Assembly: GCA_046563655.1 (NCBI GenBank)
Contig: CM102289.1
Coordinates: 3,348,001 to 3,412,000, forward strand
Source: Yuukianura sp. NJ FZ-2021
Taxonomy: Eukaryota
Reading direction: 5' to 3'
DNA length: 64,000 nucleotides
Position 1 is the first letter of the stretch. Every line of letters begins with the position of its first letter. Both the position numbers and the translations under genes were made by a program. Positions 11,801 through 24,231 of this stretch are shown here, in pieces. The notes beneath the pieces are model-generated. The model was not told the origin of the DNA. It saw only the letters and a list, made by a program, of their open reading frames with translations, and ran no database searches.

Positions 11801-14800
11801 TGAGTCTACAAACATTGGGCCCCATGCAACACCGTGGTTTAATTCCTTAGAATGTTTGCGTGTTCGTTACGGCTTAAAACGAGTGTGCGAAGGATTTTCA
11901 GCCCAAACACGTCAATCTGATCGAATGCCAACTCTTAGCAGAGGGGCTGTTAGACACGAGGCTTTCTAAATCCATCGGATGGAGCCGATAATTCGAAATC
12001 CTTAAACCCGCCAAGATTGTCTTCTCCAATCAACGTTTAGAAGGCTAAATCCAAACCAAACGCGACTTCAAACTATGTTGGAATTGGGCCTTAGTGCGTT
12101 AAAGGTAAACTCGCTTGAACTATGGTGAGTAAACTCCAATTTCCAAAAGCAAATTTCAAGCGCGCCAACCAATCACGCTGCTAAACAAACAGTATTTCTT
12201 TTCAAATTCTCCGGCCATAAACGTCGTGTCTCTTAACCGTTCGTGTCTTTTTCACTTTCATTTTGAGAGAAAGCATCGATCAAAAATTAATAGTTTCAAA
12301 AATGACAATGTAAAAATTCAGACGCCATTTTGAGTTTCAAACGAAGAGACAGAAAATGATTCATAAACATTAAACTTTTGAAATAATTTTGGGAATATCT
12401 GAGACATTTGTGGAAAACCCAAGTTATGAAAATATGTGGGCTCTCTAAAAGGATAGTCAGAACAGTTTTCAATTTTGAAACTTAATTTCCATTAGGAAAC
12501 TAATTGAAAGCAAAAGCAATTTAGGAAATGTTCTCGTTTCTAAAATGTTGTGTTGATGTAAATTAGTGAGAAAGTGAAACACTTAAATTGGAAAAGCGGA
12601 GCTTGTTTGAAGTGGGTTCTAACAACAAAATTTATTAGTAGCTAATAAATTACCATCCATTTTCCAGCCGTCTAACTTACGGTTGGCCACATCCTAGCAG
12701 AATCTGATCGTTCCTGATAAGAGATGATATCCATAAAGATATCATCAATCATCTTCCCACCACTTTCACTAGGAGAAAGCTCCCTCATCATATGCTCACC
12801 GATAGGTTTCGTTAGTCTAACATAACCAGCAATAAGATCCATCCTCCTAGCACAACGAATGTTTACTTCTCAGAACACGTTCGATTGTGGAGGATCCAAT
12901 ATGATACAAGACTCAAAGGAAACAGAACCAGAACCTTGTGGCTGCAAAGATTCGAACTTATTCCAACTTGTAAAAGGTTTCCCTTGATTCCTTTGATTTC
13001 TCTCGAGATCCAAAGCAATGCCCTCAAAGTAATTAGTATAGCATTTCCTATATGATGAAACGAAATTCCACTCGTTTCGTCTATTTCCTTCCTCATAAAA
13101 CTTCCATGCATGAAGGCCTATCATAACTTCCTCCAGGGAAATGGAAAAAGTTGTGTGATTCTAGTAATCGACAGGGTTGTAATTACTATTAAACCGGATG
13201 CCTTTCTCTCTAATTCAACACTTTCCATTTAGAGATTAATTTTCATTGCGAGTAGTGAATGCCTCTGCTAAATGTTAGTATTTCCAGTACGGTAACAAAT
13301 TTCTTAAAAAACGTCTCTTTACACCAATTTACTGTCTGTAAAACTTTCAGTTTGAAATACGTTTTGATGAATTTCCGAAGCTTTTCTCTGCTTCCTCAGA
13401 TCCGACTTGGCAAAATGAAATTGTGAATTTCCCGCTAAAAAAAACTTTTTTTAAAGTCTTTTTCCAAAAAACGGGCTTTCAAAGAGTTTACTGGGTCCAT
13501 TTGTAGAGAGAAAGACGTGGACAGAATGTGGGAGAAAGTTTCTCCGAAGGGCTCTTAATGGGATCCAGCCTCTGAACTCCAAAACTCTTTAGAATTTGCT
13601 CGGAAAATTGGTGTGTGGCAGAACCAAGTCTTTTATTTTCCTATTTTGAAGCCTCTTGCTACCCCAGAGTCACTCTTAGCCTCCGACCTTAAGGGATTTG
13701 GTATGGGCCAACATTGCTTGGCACGGGTTCAAATCCAACCAGGATAAAAATCATAACAAGCCAATACATAACTCTCACACTTTAGAGAAGGAGGCAAACC
13801 CACCGCAACCACAAAAACACATCTTTGATATAAGTGAAAATTATTGAAATTTCATTTCTCCTACAAGTTGCCAAAAAGGCGTTCTACCCGGGAACCACTT
13901 TTAAAAAAATCAAATTAAACGTGCTTATGGAGCAACATTCAACAGCTTGCACAAATTTGTTTTACAACTCACTTCAAGTTGAGTCAATTTCAATTAGGTA
14001 GAGGATGTTTCAGATGAAGTGGAACTTAATTGAGTTGTTAAATTTAAGCAATTAAGTTAAGAGATAAAAATTTTATGTTCGACATCTGTGGGAAATAAAA
14101 GAGTCTTGAGGATTCACTTAAGTTAACTTTTAGTGTTTCCAAGATCCAGTATGGCGCAGATCCTTGCGGCGATGCTGGGAAAGTATTTCACTCACTTTGG
14201 TCCAAAACAAACCTTAAGCCTAAATCTCCCATTTGCCAATTTCTATTTTATCAAGTTATGTTGTTTCATTAAGTTATGTTATTTTATGAAGTTAAGCTTT
14301 TTGTTAGGCTGAAGTTTTTCATAGACTTGGAAGAACAGTGCCCCAGGCTAAAGAATCTTTCTTGTTTAATTATTAGACTTTCAGGAAAAGGCGGAAACTT
14401 TCTCAAATTTGTTCTTTGACGACTATGTTGAAGGAGTTTGGTCGGATTAAACCTAAGCACCGAGAAACTTGAACTTTCAAGTGGAACAAACTTTTTCACT
14501 TTGTAAGAGTACAGTATAATCCAGTTCAAAGTCAGTTCACTATACTGATAAGTGCACGAATACAATACTGAAGGTATTGCGAGAAATTCCGATTTGTTGT
14601 TAACTTTCGAATTCTTTATAATTTAAATTGTTTTTCTCAAATTCCTCAAAATAGAGATTTTTTTCAGAAATGCTATTGGTACAAGAATAAAGATGGAAGG
14701 AAATTTGAAGCTAAGAAAATGAGAACATTCAGGAGAAGCTAAGCCTTTTGTTTGTAAACTTATTCAAACATTGCTTTCTTTTTATCAACAACACTATAAG

Positions 14801-15854
14801 GAGTTTTAAGAGATGCTTTCAGAGTTAATTGCAAAATGTGTTGAGAATTCAAAGGAATTGTAAAACTTAATTAAAATTTTGAATATTTGAGAAAAGTTGT
14901 TGACAAAATTAATCAAACTGGTTCGAAAATTTGAGAAAATGGGTCAAGTAAATAAAACTCGAAGTTTTAGAACATAAATGCTTTGTTTGCATTTCTTTAA
15001 AATTTTGAATTTTTTTTTGCCATTTTTGAAACTTGGACATAAAATGCAAGGTTGTTTAAACATGACAAAAAATTTGAATTAATTTTTTAGAAATGTAAAC
15101 AAGGAAACGTGCTTGGAGTCACATGGTAGAAAGATTATACTTCCGAAAAACGCTTTTAGCGTGGGATTTTAGTCAGCCATATTGACGCTTATGTACATGA
15201 GTTTTATCGGACTTTTACTTATGAAAGCGTAATCATTGAAACCTCGAACACCACAATACGCTTATTACCACGCAAAACTATTAGGCTTTGGAGTATAAAT
15301 GCGCCTATGAAGATTTGGTTTAATAAAATATAGGCTATAAATCTGTTAGAACTCTATACAGTCGCCTTGCATAAGTTTATGGCCTCTCACTGTACTATAA
15401 GATGCAACTATTTTATTGAAAATTTACCGTTCCAGTGCCATTTTCTGTACGTTTTTTATTGAAAATAATTCAACTCGTGCAGATGACCGCCCTTAAATTC
15501 ATGTACATAAACTCTAAATGCTCGTGTTATTGGTCCACTTAGCCCGTACATTACGGTATGTGATTAAGAATTGTATAAAATACGTCCATTTTGGACTAAG
15601 GCCATGAACATAAGGATTCATTACGAATCCTCTCTCTTTCTCTTTGTAAAATTACTCGTCCATTTCAACCCGTCCATTAAAGCCTAACGTTCTTCCACGA
15701 ACTTTGCGCCACAAGTTTGTGTAATCCTGGAAAGTTGAAACCTTTCAAGTTTTTCTTAGTTCCGCGTTGTCAACTTGTCTAGGAGTTTTGAGAGAGACGT
15801 GTGTGGGAGCATATGGAGGAGTTTGTGGAGTTAAGTTCTTGACTAGTTAGTTTG

Positions 15855-15899
15855 TGAAATTGACTTTCTCCTTTGTAAGTCTGGAGAAAGTCAATTTCA
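15855..15899. other. Perfect 17-bp-stem hairpin with 11-nt loop
   Basis: tgaaattgactttctcc - tttgtaagtct - ggagaaagtcaatttca. Confidence 0.9.
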
Positions 15900-18800
15900 T
15901 TTCAATTGAGGTCATACGCCGGTGAAAGGAAAATTACGTTCCTATAACTTTGCCCACACGAAATTGAGATCTGGAACTGAAATCTAATCCAAGTGGGTTC
16001 ACTTTCACTTCCCGAATTGGATTTCCAGTGAAGCGGCAGGGGAGGTGGCGGAGTGCTAATTTCAAAGTATGGGAAACCTCTCCAAAGCGCACACTTCACA
16101 CATTGCAGCTCAATTTCATGGATGCCATAAAGCATAACATAAAAGCAACTTTCATCCAAAATCAGCAACGACACAGCCATGTTCCTCTGAATAAGTGTTC
16201 GTAAGGGGAATGTCGTAAAATGTACCGTACGACATGTGAGTTTGAGGAGATTGTTTGTTTAAGGTTCTTTTAAACAATGGGAAATGGAAATTTCCGTCTT
16301 TTTTGAAAACTTTTGGCGTAAAGAGTGAAAGAGGAAATTGAGCGCGAGGAGTTGAAAAGTTTGAAGGCGCAGTTAATTTGAAAAGAGAGGACTTTTGAAA
16401 TGGCGGACTGTTGAATCCGTTGTCGTTGTCTCTTAGAGTACCGTATGGACATGTTTACCTTAGTAGGCTTGGGAATCCTACAGTAAAGCTACGAAAGTAA
16501 TAAAATAAGCAATAACGCCTAGACGATTCTCAGCGGAAGGTGAAAGTATCAGTTTCCCAGACACGAAGGGAGGGGCATTAAGGGAAAGCGGGAAAACTTG
16601 AAAAGGATTCAAAAACACACACGGTCTCCCATCCAACCTTAAAGAATCCCTCTTCATTTCCTCCTCAAACCATTTCCAGAACTTTAGTTGAGACACTGGA
16701 TTTTTTTTAGTTTCTCACGTTGGCGGGAAGTTTGAAAGTGCTGGAAGGGAATTGGAAATCCACTTCGGAGTTTCACTTCCTCATTGGATTCCAAGCACAG
16801 CAGGGTGGGTTATGGTCTCCGGATACTAAATATTCCAGCATAGCCTAGAATCAAATCCCATGCTCAAAGGTGTACACGAACAAAATTGATTCTGTCGATT
16901 GACAAAGAAAGCAGCATCGAAATTACTATCCGTTTCCAACGGGAAATTGTGTTTTTCAAAAAAAAAAAAATGGGAAAAAAAGTTAGCTATTTCTGGATAT
17001 GAGATGGCTTTGTTGTAACAGGAAGTATTGCAAGATGGGAATCCGGATTATTTACTTTTATTACAATTCTCATACAGATATCTTCTGCAGCACGACTCTT
17101 TTCTTCCGTCAATCCTAAAATAGCAAAAATCTTGAACTTATCTCTTTCAGCAATTTTTTTTTACAAATACTCAAAAAAGATTTACCGGAACGAATTTCCG
17201 AAGAAACGTCTTTGAATATTTTTTATCCTAAGATGTTTCTATGCTTTTCAAAGAAAATTTTATTTCTGAACTTTTTTTAAACCAAACTCAGTTTCCTCGC
17301 GTTTATAGTTCGAAAGTGAACCCCACGAAGCGACCTTGAATTTTAGTGAAAGCGTTCATCCGTCAACCTTAAGTGTTCAAATGTGTTCGTCGCATTTTAG
17401 ACACTTACGCGTGAAACCTAAGAAAGTAGATCACATTGCCAAATAATTTAGTAGTTCCTGATTTCTTGATTCCTATTTCAACGCCGTTCTGCTTCGACGC
17501 AGAACACTTTTCCTAGTAACTCACTGTACACCAAATAATTCCCGTAAGACGTGTGCCCACATCTTTGACAATGAATCCTGATGCCTGATTGCTGCTAAGT
17601 CCTTTCAGAACAAGTCTAGCCTCCACTGTAGACAAAAAGGCTAAAGTCACAAACGTGAGTAAGTTCCTTCCTTTATTTACTATAGGAATTAGCGAAATGA
17701 ATTCTACAAACAGTTTTTACGAAAGACAAAAGTAGGCCTCTTTTGTTCCTTACTTTTCATATCAACTTTTGCTTTTTAGAGCCTGATAGTATTAAAAACA
17801 AGGAAACGAACAAACAGCATAGTACTTTCATCCACTTCTGCCGAAAAGTCTGCTCTCTTTACCCAACTTCAGTCATTTCCTTAAACCTCCCAGTTTTCTA
17901 TGCCTTGCACAACTTTTTTTCTTTGAAAATTACATAGCAGCAAGCCAGTTTAGGCCTGAATTTGAAAAGTTTAATCATAATCTTAACTTTTACCGCCTCT
18001 TCTCACCCATCCAACAATCCACTTTCTTGAACTTTTTTTTTGCTTTGAGAGAGAGTGTAGGCACTGAATAAGGAAATTGAGTAGAAAAGAGAAAAGCGAT
18101 TTTCTGGGAAATTTGATTCGACTCAGCACCATCTTTGCACTTTGACTTTCCACATTTGCTCAATGAACCCTGCTTTGAAATGGCAATGCAATGAGAATTT
18201 GTTAAAGTTAGTCGTGCATAAACAAATAACGTAAATAGGTTGCTAAAAAACGACTTTATGTTCCTTGAAAAGCAGTTTTTCACAGAACTCGTTAGTCTAT
18301 TTGGTTAACTAAAATGATAAGTAGGCGACTACTATCGAAATAGATGTGAAATGACATAGTGACAGCGGTAGAATGAATGAATCCGATGTTCAAAGGATAC
18401 GTAACATATGAAATCTATAGAAATCGTAGCAATCCAACACATGAAATACAAAAAACTAAAAAAGTTTCCTCTGAAAATGAAATTTTCTCAATTCTCAGAC
18501 TTTTACTCTTTCACCACGACTTTCACCGCGTTCTGGCGCGTTGTTTCCCACTGCCACATCAACTATTCATATGAACGACTTTGTTCTTATGAGTCCGCAC
18601 ATATAAGAACCTGACGTTTGTCATCCACCTTAACGCTGTCAAGTCAAAGAGAAAAGTAAGAGATGAGATTTTCCTTCTTGGGTCTTCGTCTGCACTTTCC
18701 ATATTTATTGGTTTGCTCAAAACGGATGACAGAATAAGGCCCTGGCACCTTCTCCAACTAAAGATGCGAGTTAGGGCGGAAATGAGGAGAGGAGTGGCTG

Positions 18801-19648
18801 TCAGTCGATGGTTCCTGACTTTATCAACATCATCATCATCCATCCTCATGTCGTCACTTCTCTGTTTCTTCAAAGTGAGAAGGCAGAGAAAGTTAGATTT
18901 TCGGAGGGAGTCGACTTTCTCTTGTCTATCTGGGTGCCAAAAAAGACTTCCGTATTCTTTGAAGCACTTCTCATTAAGTAGGGAAAAGTGTCTCTGACTC
19001 ATATTTATCATGCTCCTCTTTCCTTTCACGGGTAGCAGGAACCCGAGTAACCCTATTACCCTGGTAGCATATTACGTAGGTTAATATGGCTTTAACCTTT
19101 GAACCATAGGGATTCCTAAATACAGGCCATCAGACACCTTGGAAATGTTAGGTTATGGAATAAAGTGAGGTAATGGTGAAGGCTAATGAAACTTGTGGGG
19201 AATTTATGATCTTTGTAAAGCTGAGCCTAAACAGCCTAACCTAAAGCCCAGACCAAGGGAGATGGAGATTGACATTTGTAAAACGAGAGATCCAATTATA
19301 AGATGCTAACAAATGATTAATTAGAACTAGTCTGTTGGAATTGGAACCGTGGAAGGGAGATGCTGTCATTTGTATAGTGGATTCATTCCCTGTGGGGCTT
19401 TAAAACTGAATGCATGTCTCTCGTAACCTGTCGTAAGTTTCATAGACTAACCAAACTCTCATCGGTGTTTCATTCCATACGTTATTGTATTCCGCAATTG
19501 AAGCAGAAGGGAACAATGAAATGAAAAGGAATGAGATCACAATTATATGAGCCCGCGGAATTTTGCAGACATATGAATATGGCAGACTAAAACAAAAGGA
19601 TTCTCTTTTCAGTAAAAGAAAATTTCCAGCTAGAGCTCGAAACGCTTC

Positions 19649-20000
19649 CATGCCATTCCGCCGAATGAAATACTACGAAGCGAATTAGTTCGATAATTAC
19701 TGCGAAACGAAATACTCCGAAAATAAATTACTTCGAAAGCAAACTTTACGCCGGAAAGTATTTTCAAAGTTCGAGTAAAGTATTTCAAACTTAGCCAAGC
19801 CTACTCTAATGATATTTAGCCTGACCAAACCAAACTTTATAATTTCTGACATAAGCTAACCAGGGTTTACTTATAGCCTTTATCAGTAATTTACCTTTCG
19901 AAATAATTTGTTTCACAGGAATTCAATCTCAGTAATTCGTTTCGCAGTAGTTCATTCGCAGAAATTCATTTCGCAGTAATTGATTCGACTAAATGGCATG
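19649..20000. mobile_element. Degenerate foldback MITE with arms made of about 15-bp tandem units
   Basis: The left arm catgccattccgccgaatgaaatactacgaa... matches the reverse complement of the right arm ...ttcgcagtaattgattcgactaaatggcatg. The unit aattactgcgaaacg repeats in both arms over about 100 bp. No clear TSD. Confidence 0.7.
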
Positions 20001-23000
20001 CTACCCTCTAAAACAGAAATTTCAAGAAAACTGGAACATATAAACTGTTTCTGAGGAGTCAATTCTCCCTTGAGAATTGGTGAACACGCTCTGAAAACGA
20101 GGAAATAGGAGAACTGAAACTTGTTAGGAAAAGTAAATTAAAAGTAGTGTGTCGAGAACTTGAGATTGAATTTTGAAGTTTGCTACCAACTTAACAGCAC
20201 TTTAAACCACTCACATTCCGTTTACGAACAGTTCCACCGGTACTCAACTTAACAAAGTCGGCGGAACAAAACACACGCTTCAGCCTAAGGAACAACTTTA
20301 ATTAAATTCACGTTTTGTTCCAGCGTTTGAAATTTTATCGATTAAAACAAGTGGTTTTGAATCACCTTTGAGACCTTACCGTACAATTTTGAAATCCAAA
20401 ATTATACAAAGTCTTATGGCAAGCTTAAAATTTTACTCAAATTTTGACAGATTTTCAAAATTTGGGGTTTTCACAAGATTGGCAGCGGTGGTTTTAGTTG
20501 ATGGCACGCCTTTGGCGAATTTGCAGCTTAACAAGTCAAACCTAAGCTATACTCAGCATGTTGCTCGAAGCCATTTCCATCCAGAAAACATCGATAAATG
20601 ATGTTATGTTCTGAAAAGACATATAGTAACTATGTTCATATTTTTTCCTATTGCACTTTATTTAATTTTCTTTTTTGGACATGATGTTGAATCGTGTCTT
20701 CTGTAGTTATTGTCTCCACAGTTTCTTTTTGTATCCCTCTCCTTCAAATTTGAAGAGACTTGGATGGTAAAACTCCCACGTCAGGATAAGTGGCTTTAGT
20801 TTTCTCCTGGAGAAAGTTAGAGTAAAAAGTTGTGGAGTTCTAAGCACACAGTTCGTGCTGAGACAGTTGTCTGTCTTTCTACAGCCGCAGCCTCAAACCT
20901 CCGAAATGAGTTGTGGGGACATGAGGGAATAAGGCCAAATCCAGCTCAGGATATGTTCGTAACTCAAACGATAGGGATAGAGTAAGGGTTTTGGAACATG
21001 TCATTTTGGAAAATGAAATTCGAATCAAGTGGATGTGTGGCTTCAACTGGTAGAATGATGGTAGCATTGGGTGAGCTTACCGTATGAAATGAATCCCAGA
21101 AGAAGGACAACGACAAGACTTCCCATTGTCTCCAGATGACTTGGTCTGATTTGAGGTTTTCAACTGAGTTGAACGCTGTGCTAGGCTGTTTCCGTAGTTA
21201 CTTCCTCCTGTACTCCCTTGTACAGAAAACCGCTTGTGCTTTCTTCTCAGTAGTCGCTGGGCGTAGAAAAATTGTTTGGTTGGAGAATTCAAGAAATGCT
21301 TTGATTGTGCTCAAGGTGGGAAGGCGCAGAGGGCTCAAAATTCTTTTGACGTCCCGCAAAGCCCGCTACAAGGGAGATTCTGCAGAGAAGATTCATTACT
21401 TCATTTTGTTAAGTCCCCTGAGACCTGTTCATATAAAAACAATCAAATGAGGCCAGAATAATTAAATTGTGGACAGAATAGTGAATAGATACAAATGAGT
21501 ACATGAATACAGTGCAAAATAGTTCCAAACTTTCTCTTTTTTTGGAAAAACACATCCTGCCTACTAAAAAGTAGTTCTGCGAATCACGTGTCGATGATAC
21601 AGCTTTCACACAAAGGGAAAACACAACTTACAAAAATTCAATTTTTTTGTAAACTAAAATTTTCCTTTAAAAATGTGCTTTCTCCGAGCATTTTTAAACA
21701 TATTCCAAATAGTTGTATACTTTGAGATAATCACAGCCTATTAAAGTTTTCTCATTTAAAAGCCGAATGAAATTTTTATGCAAATCGAGAAGTCGCTGCC
21801 AACCGCCTTCTTTCTTCCGATTAAAACTTACGTTTGAGCTGAAAATCTTATAGATTAAAAACCAAAACTGCCTATTTGGATTTGGAATAAATTTTTTTTT
21901 TTAAATTTTAAAAAATGGAGTCTATCTTTTGTAAAGATTCGGCGGTTGGTTTGAAGACGATTCAATCAAGGGGTTGCGATGCCTTATCCACTTTGACTTC
22001 CACTTCAATTTTCCGCCTTGACTACAAGAGTTCAAAGGACACCTCGATGCGTTTAAAACTCGCAAACTTTCGACTCTGAACTTCCCACCTCACTTTCTAA
22101 CCTTTTGTCACTCATTGCTAAACCTATTCAGAGAAAAAGTAAACGTAACTCGGATGTGGGATGAACTTTTTGAATGCAAAGCTCTTTTCATCCTGGTGTG
22201 AACTCGTAATTCTCGCTTCTTTTCATTAACGAATCATCATCATTTGTAAGAGAAAACTTTTCACTAATCTATCTTAGTCTAAATTTCCCTCTACCTAAAC
22301 TAGCATAAACAAGTTTGGCATGTCTGATGCTTACCTGATTGGATTTGAATTGGAGTAATCCTAAAATATAGATCGAGACCATTCTGCCATGATCACAGTT
22401 CTGCCTGGTTGTGTCTGTTTTGCCTCAGTGCAATTGAAGTTTGTTAGACTTGAACAGCGTGACAGACGAGACAGAGCAGGAAAGTGCCAATTCAATTTTG
22501 GCGGGATTTCATGTCAGGCGGGTTCGAACGAACCTGACCCAAGGATACCTAGGGTTGGTAAGGCTATGTTAGGTTGATATCTCCCTTGGAGTGTGTGATG
22601 TAATCAGGCAAGAGGAAGGATATTATCGCTTCGTCTTCAAAATTCAGTTTTTCTTCTTGCCCCTGGTGTCTATCAACCGATAAATTGCTTACGTCGTCCT
22701 CTTCTGCACAGAAATTCAACCTGTCCTTGTTATATTTGAGGCTGTTTTTTCAAAAAACTCTTTGAAATTTTTGTTCAACAGCTTTCAGAGTTTTGAAGAG
22801 AGAAAAAGTGTGGCGTAGTTGAAACGAAGCCGCACTTTCACTTTTGGTTTCCACGAAACTTTCTTGGAGACAAAAGGAAATATTTGTTTTGAGAGAAAAC
22901 TGGAGAAAAGGGTAGAATTTTGTGGTTTTTGCGAAGAAAACTCAACAGCTTGCGGGTCATTAGGTGAAAAATATGATACTGTTTTTTTTAACAAGTTGCG

Positions 23001-24119
23001 GGAATAACAATTTTTTTCAAAAAATTTCTTAGTAAGTGTTTACCTGGAGAAAAAACTTATGGTGAATTCGTTCCGTGAGAGACAAAGAGGGCGACGAGGA
23101 AAGTTTTTTAAAGAAGCTTTCTCTGGAAGCTTCTACAGGAGAAAAATCTGGTCGTCCCTGCTTTTGCACGCACTTTCAGAAAACAAGTGGCATCTGAAAT
23201 GATGTACGCAGGTAGATAGGAAGAGAGTGGAGCTGTTGGAGATCCATGCTCCTGACTCTGACTTGGGAAAGCTAGAGATCGATCCATAGGCACAACGCAT
23301 GCGCCAGAATCAACAGAATCTTGATCATTTCCTTCTTCCCCTGGTTTGCACAGACCTTCCACTTTCGAGCATAGTTACTCCCGCCTGGGAATAGAAGTCT
23401 CCCAACCCCAGCAGCCTTTCGAGACTTTCTCCCCTGTTTCCAGCATTGCTCTGGAAGACTCGAATAAAATTATTACTTCCTCACCTGCCCTTAATGCAGC
23501 TTTATGGAGAAGAGGAGAGATCTAGAAAAGGATTCGGAGATTCAGAATTATCATGCTGTCTCTGCTAGCAAAGCCTCATTGCGATGGAAATGAGCGGAAT
23601 AAGACCTAATCCCACAGTATTTCATCGCAGCTTCTGCCTTATTCATCTCAAGGGAAGTTGAATCTAAAGCTAAGAACTCCTGGGAAATGGTGTCAACAGA
23701 TCTCTAGACACTTTTTAATTTCTCCCGGGGGTTAAACCTTGTTTACTGCTTGTCTCCTCCTTTTCCTTTGCTTGCACGAGTAAAAAGGAATACGGCGAAG
23801 TAGTAATATCTTGTTAGGGCCGTAGATTTGAAGAAACTTTTACATAATTTCGTGCATTCCTACTTTTCACCACCATCTTTGTCTAAGAAATTCTCGGCGG
23901 GTTTAATTTTGCATTGTCACGGAAGATTAAGTTTAATGCCTAGATTTCGCAACAGTAATCTCCTTTAGAACTAAAAACGCTAAAGAAGGTCAAGTTATGT
24001 TAGAAAGACACAATTTTTATTGTCATAATTTTTGCCAAAAATAAAATGGCATCGCCAAGTAGGTCATTTATGTTTAACATACTATTTTTTCTATAAACAA
24101 AACTTATGAACAGAACAAA

Positions 24120-24231
24120 ACTAAATTTTTACACTAAACTATTTTTGTCTTGATTTGTGTTAACACAAATCAACACAAAAATAGTTTAATATAAAAATTT
24201 AGTGTAAAAATTAATCGGTCAATTGACCGAT
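24120..24231. repeat. 84-bp spacerless near-perfect palindrome followed by an 18-bp perfect palindrome
   Basis: Arms 24120-24161 and 24162-24203 are centred on gttaac with 3 mismatches; atcggtcaattgaccgat follows at 24214-24231. Confidence 0.9.

Noticed and set aside
13715..13745. B-box-like GGTTCAAATCC
   Set aside because: No A-box at the right spacing and no cloverleaf; not a tRNA, and too little for a SINE call.
15170..15520. Inverted ttatgtacatga / tcatgtacataa pair about 310 bp apart
   Set aside because: The match is short and partly self-palindromic, and no termini or TSD can be defined.
18559..19029. 156-aa minus-strand ORF
   Set aside because: Non-ATG start in the track, no recognisable domain and no splice support.
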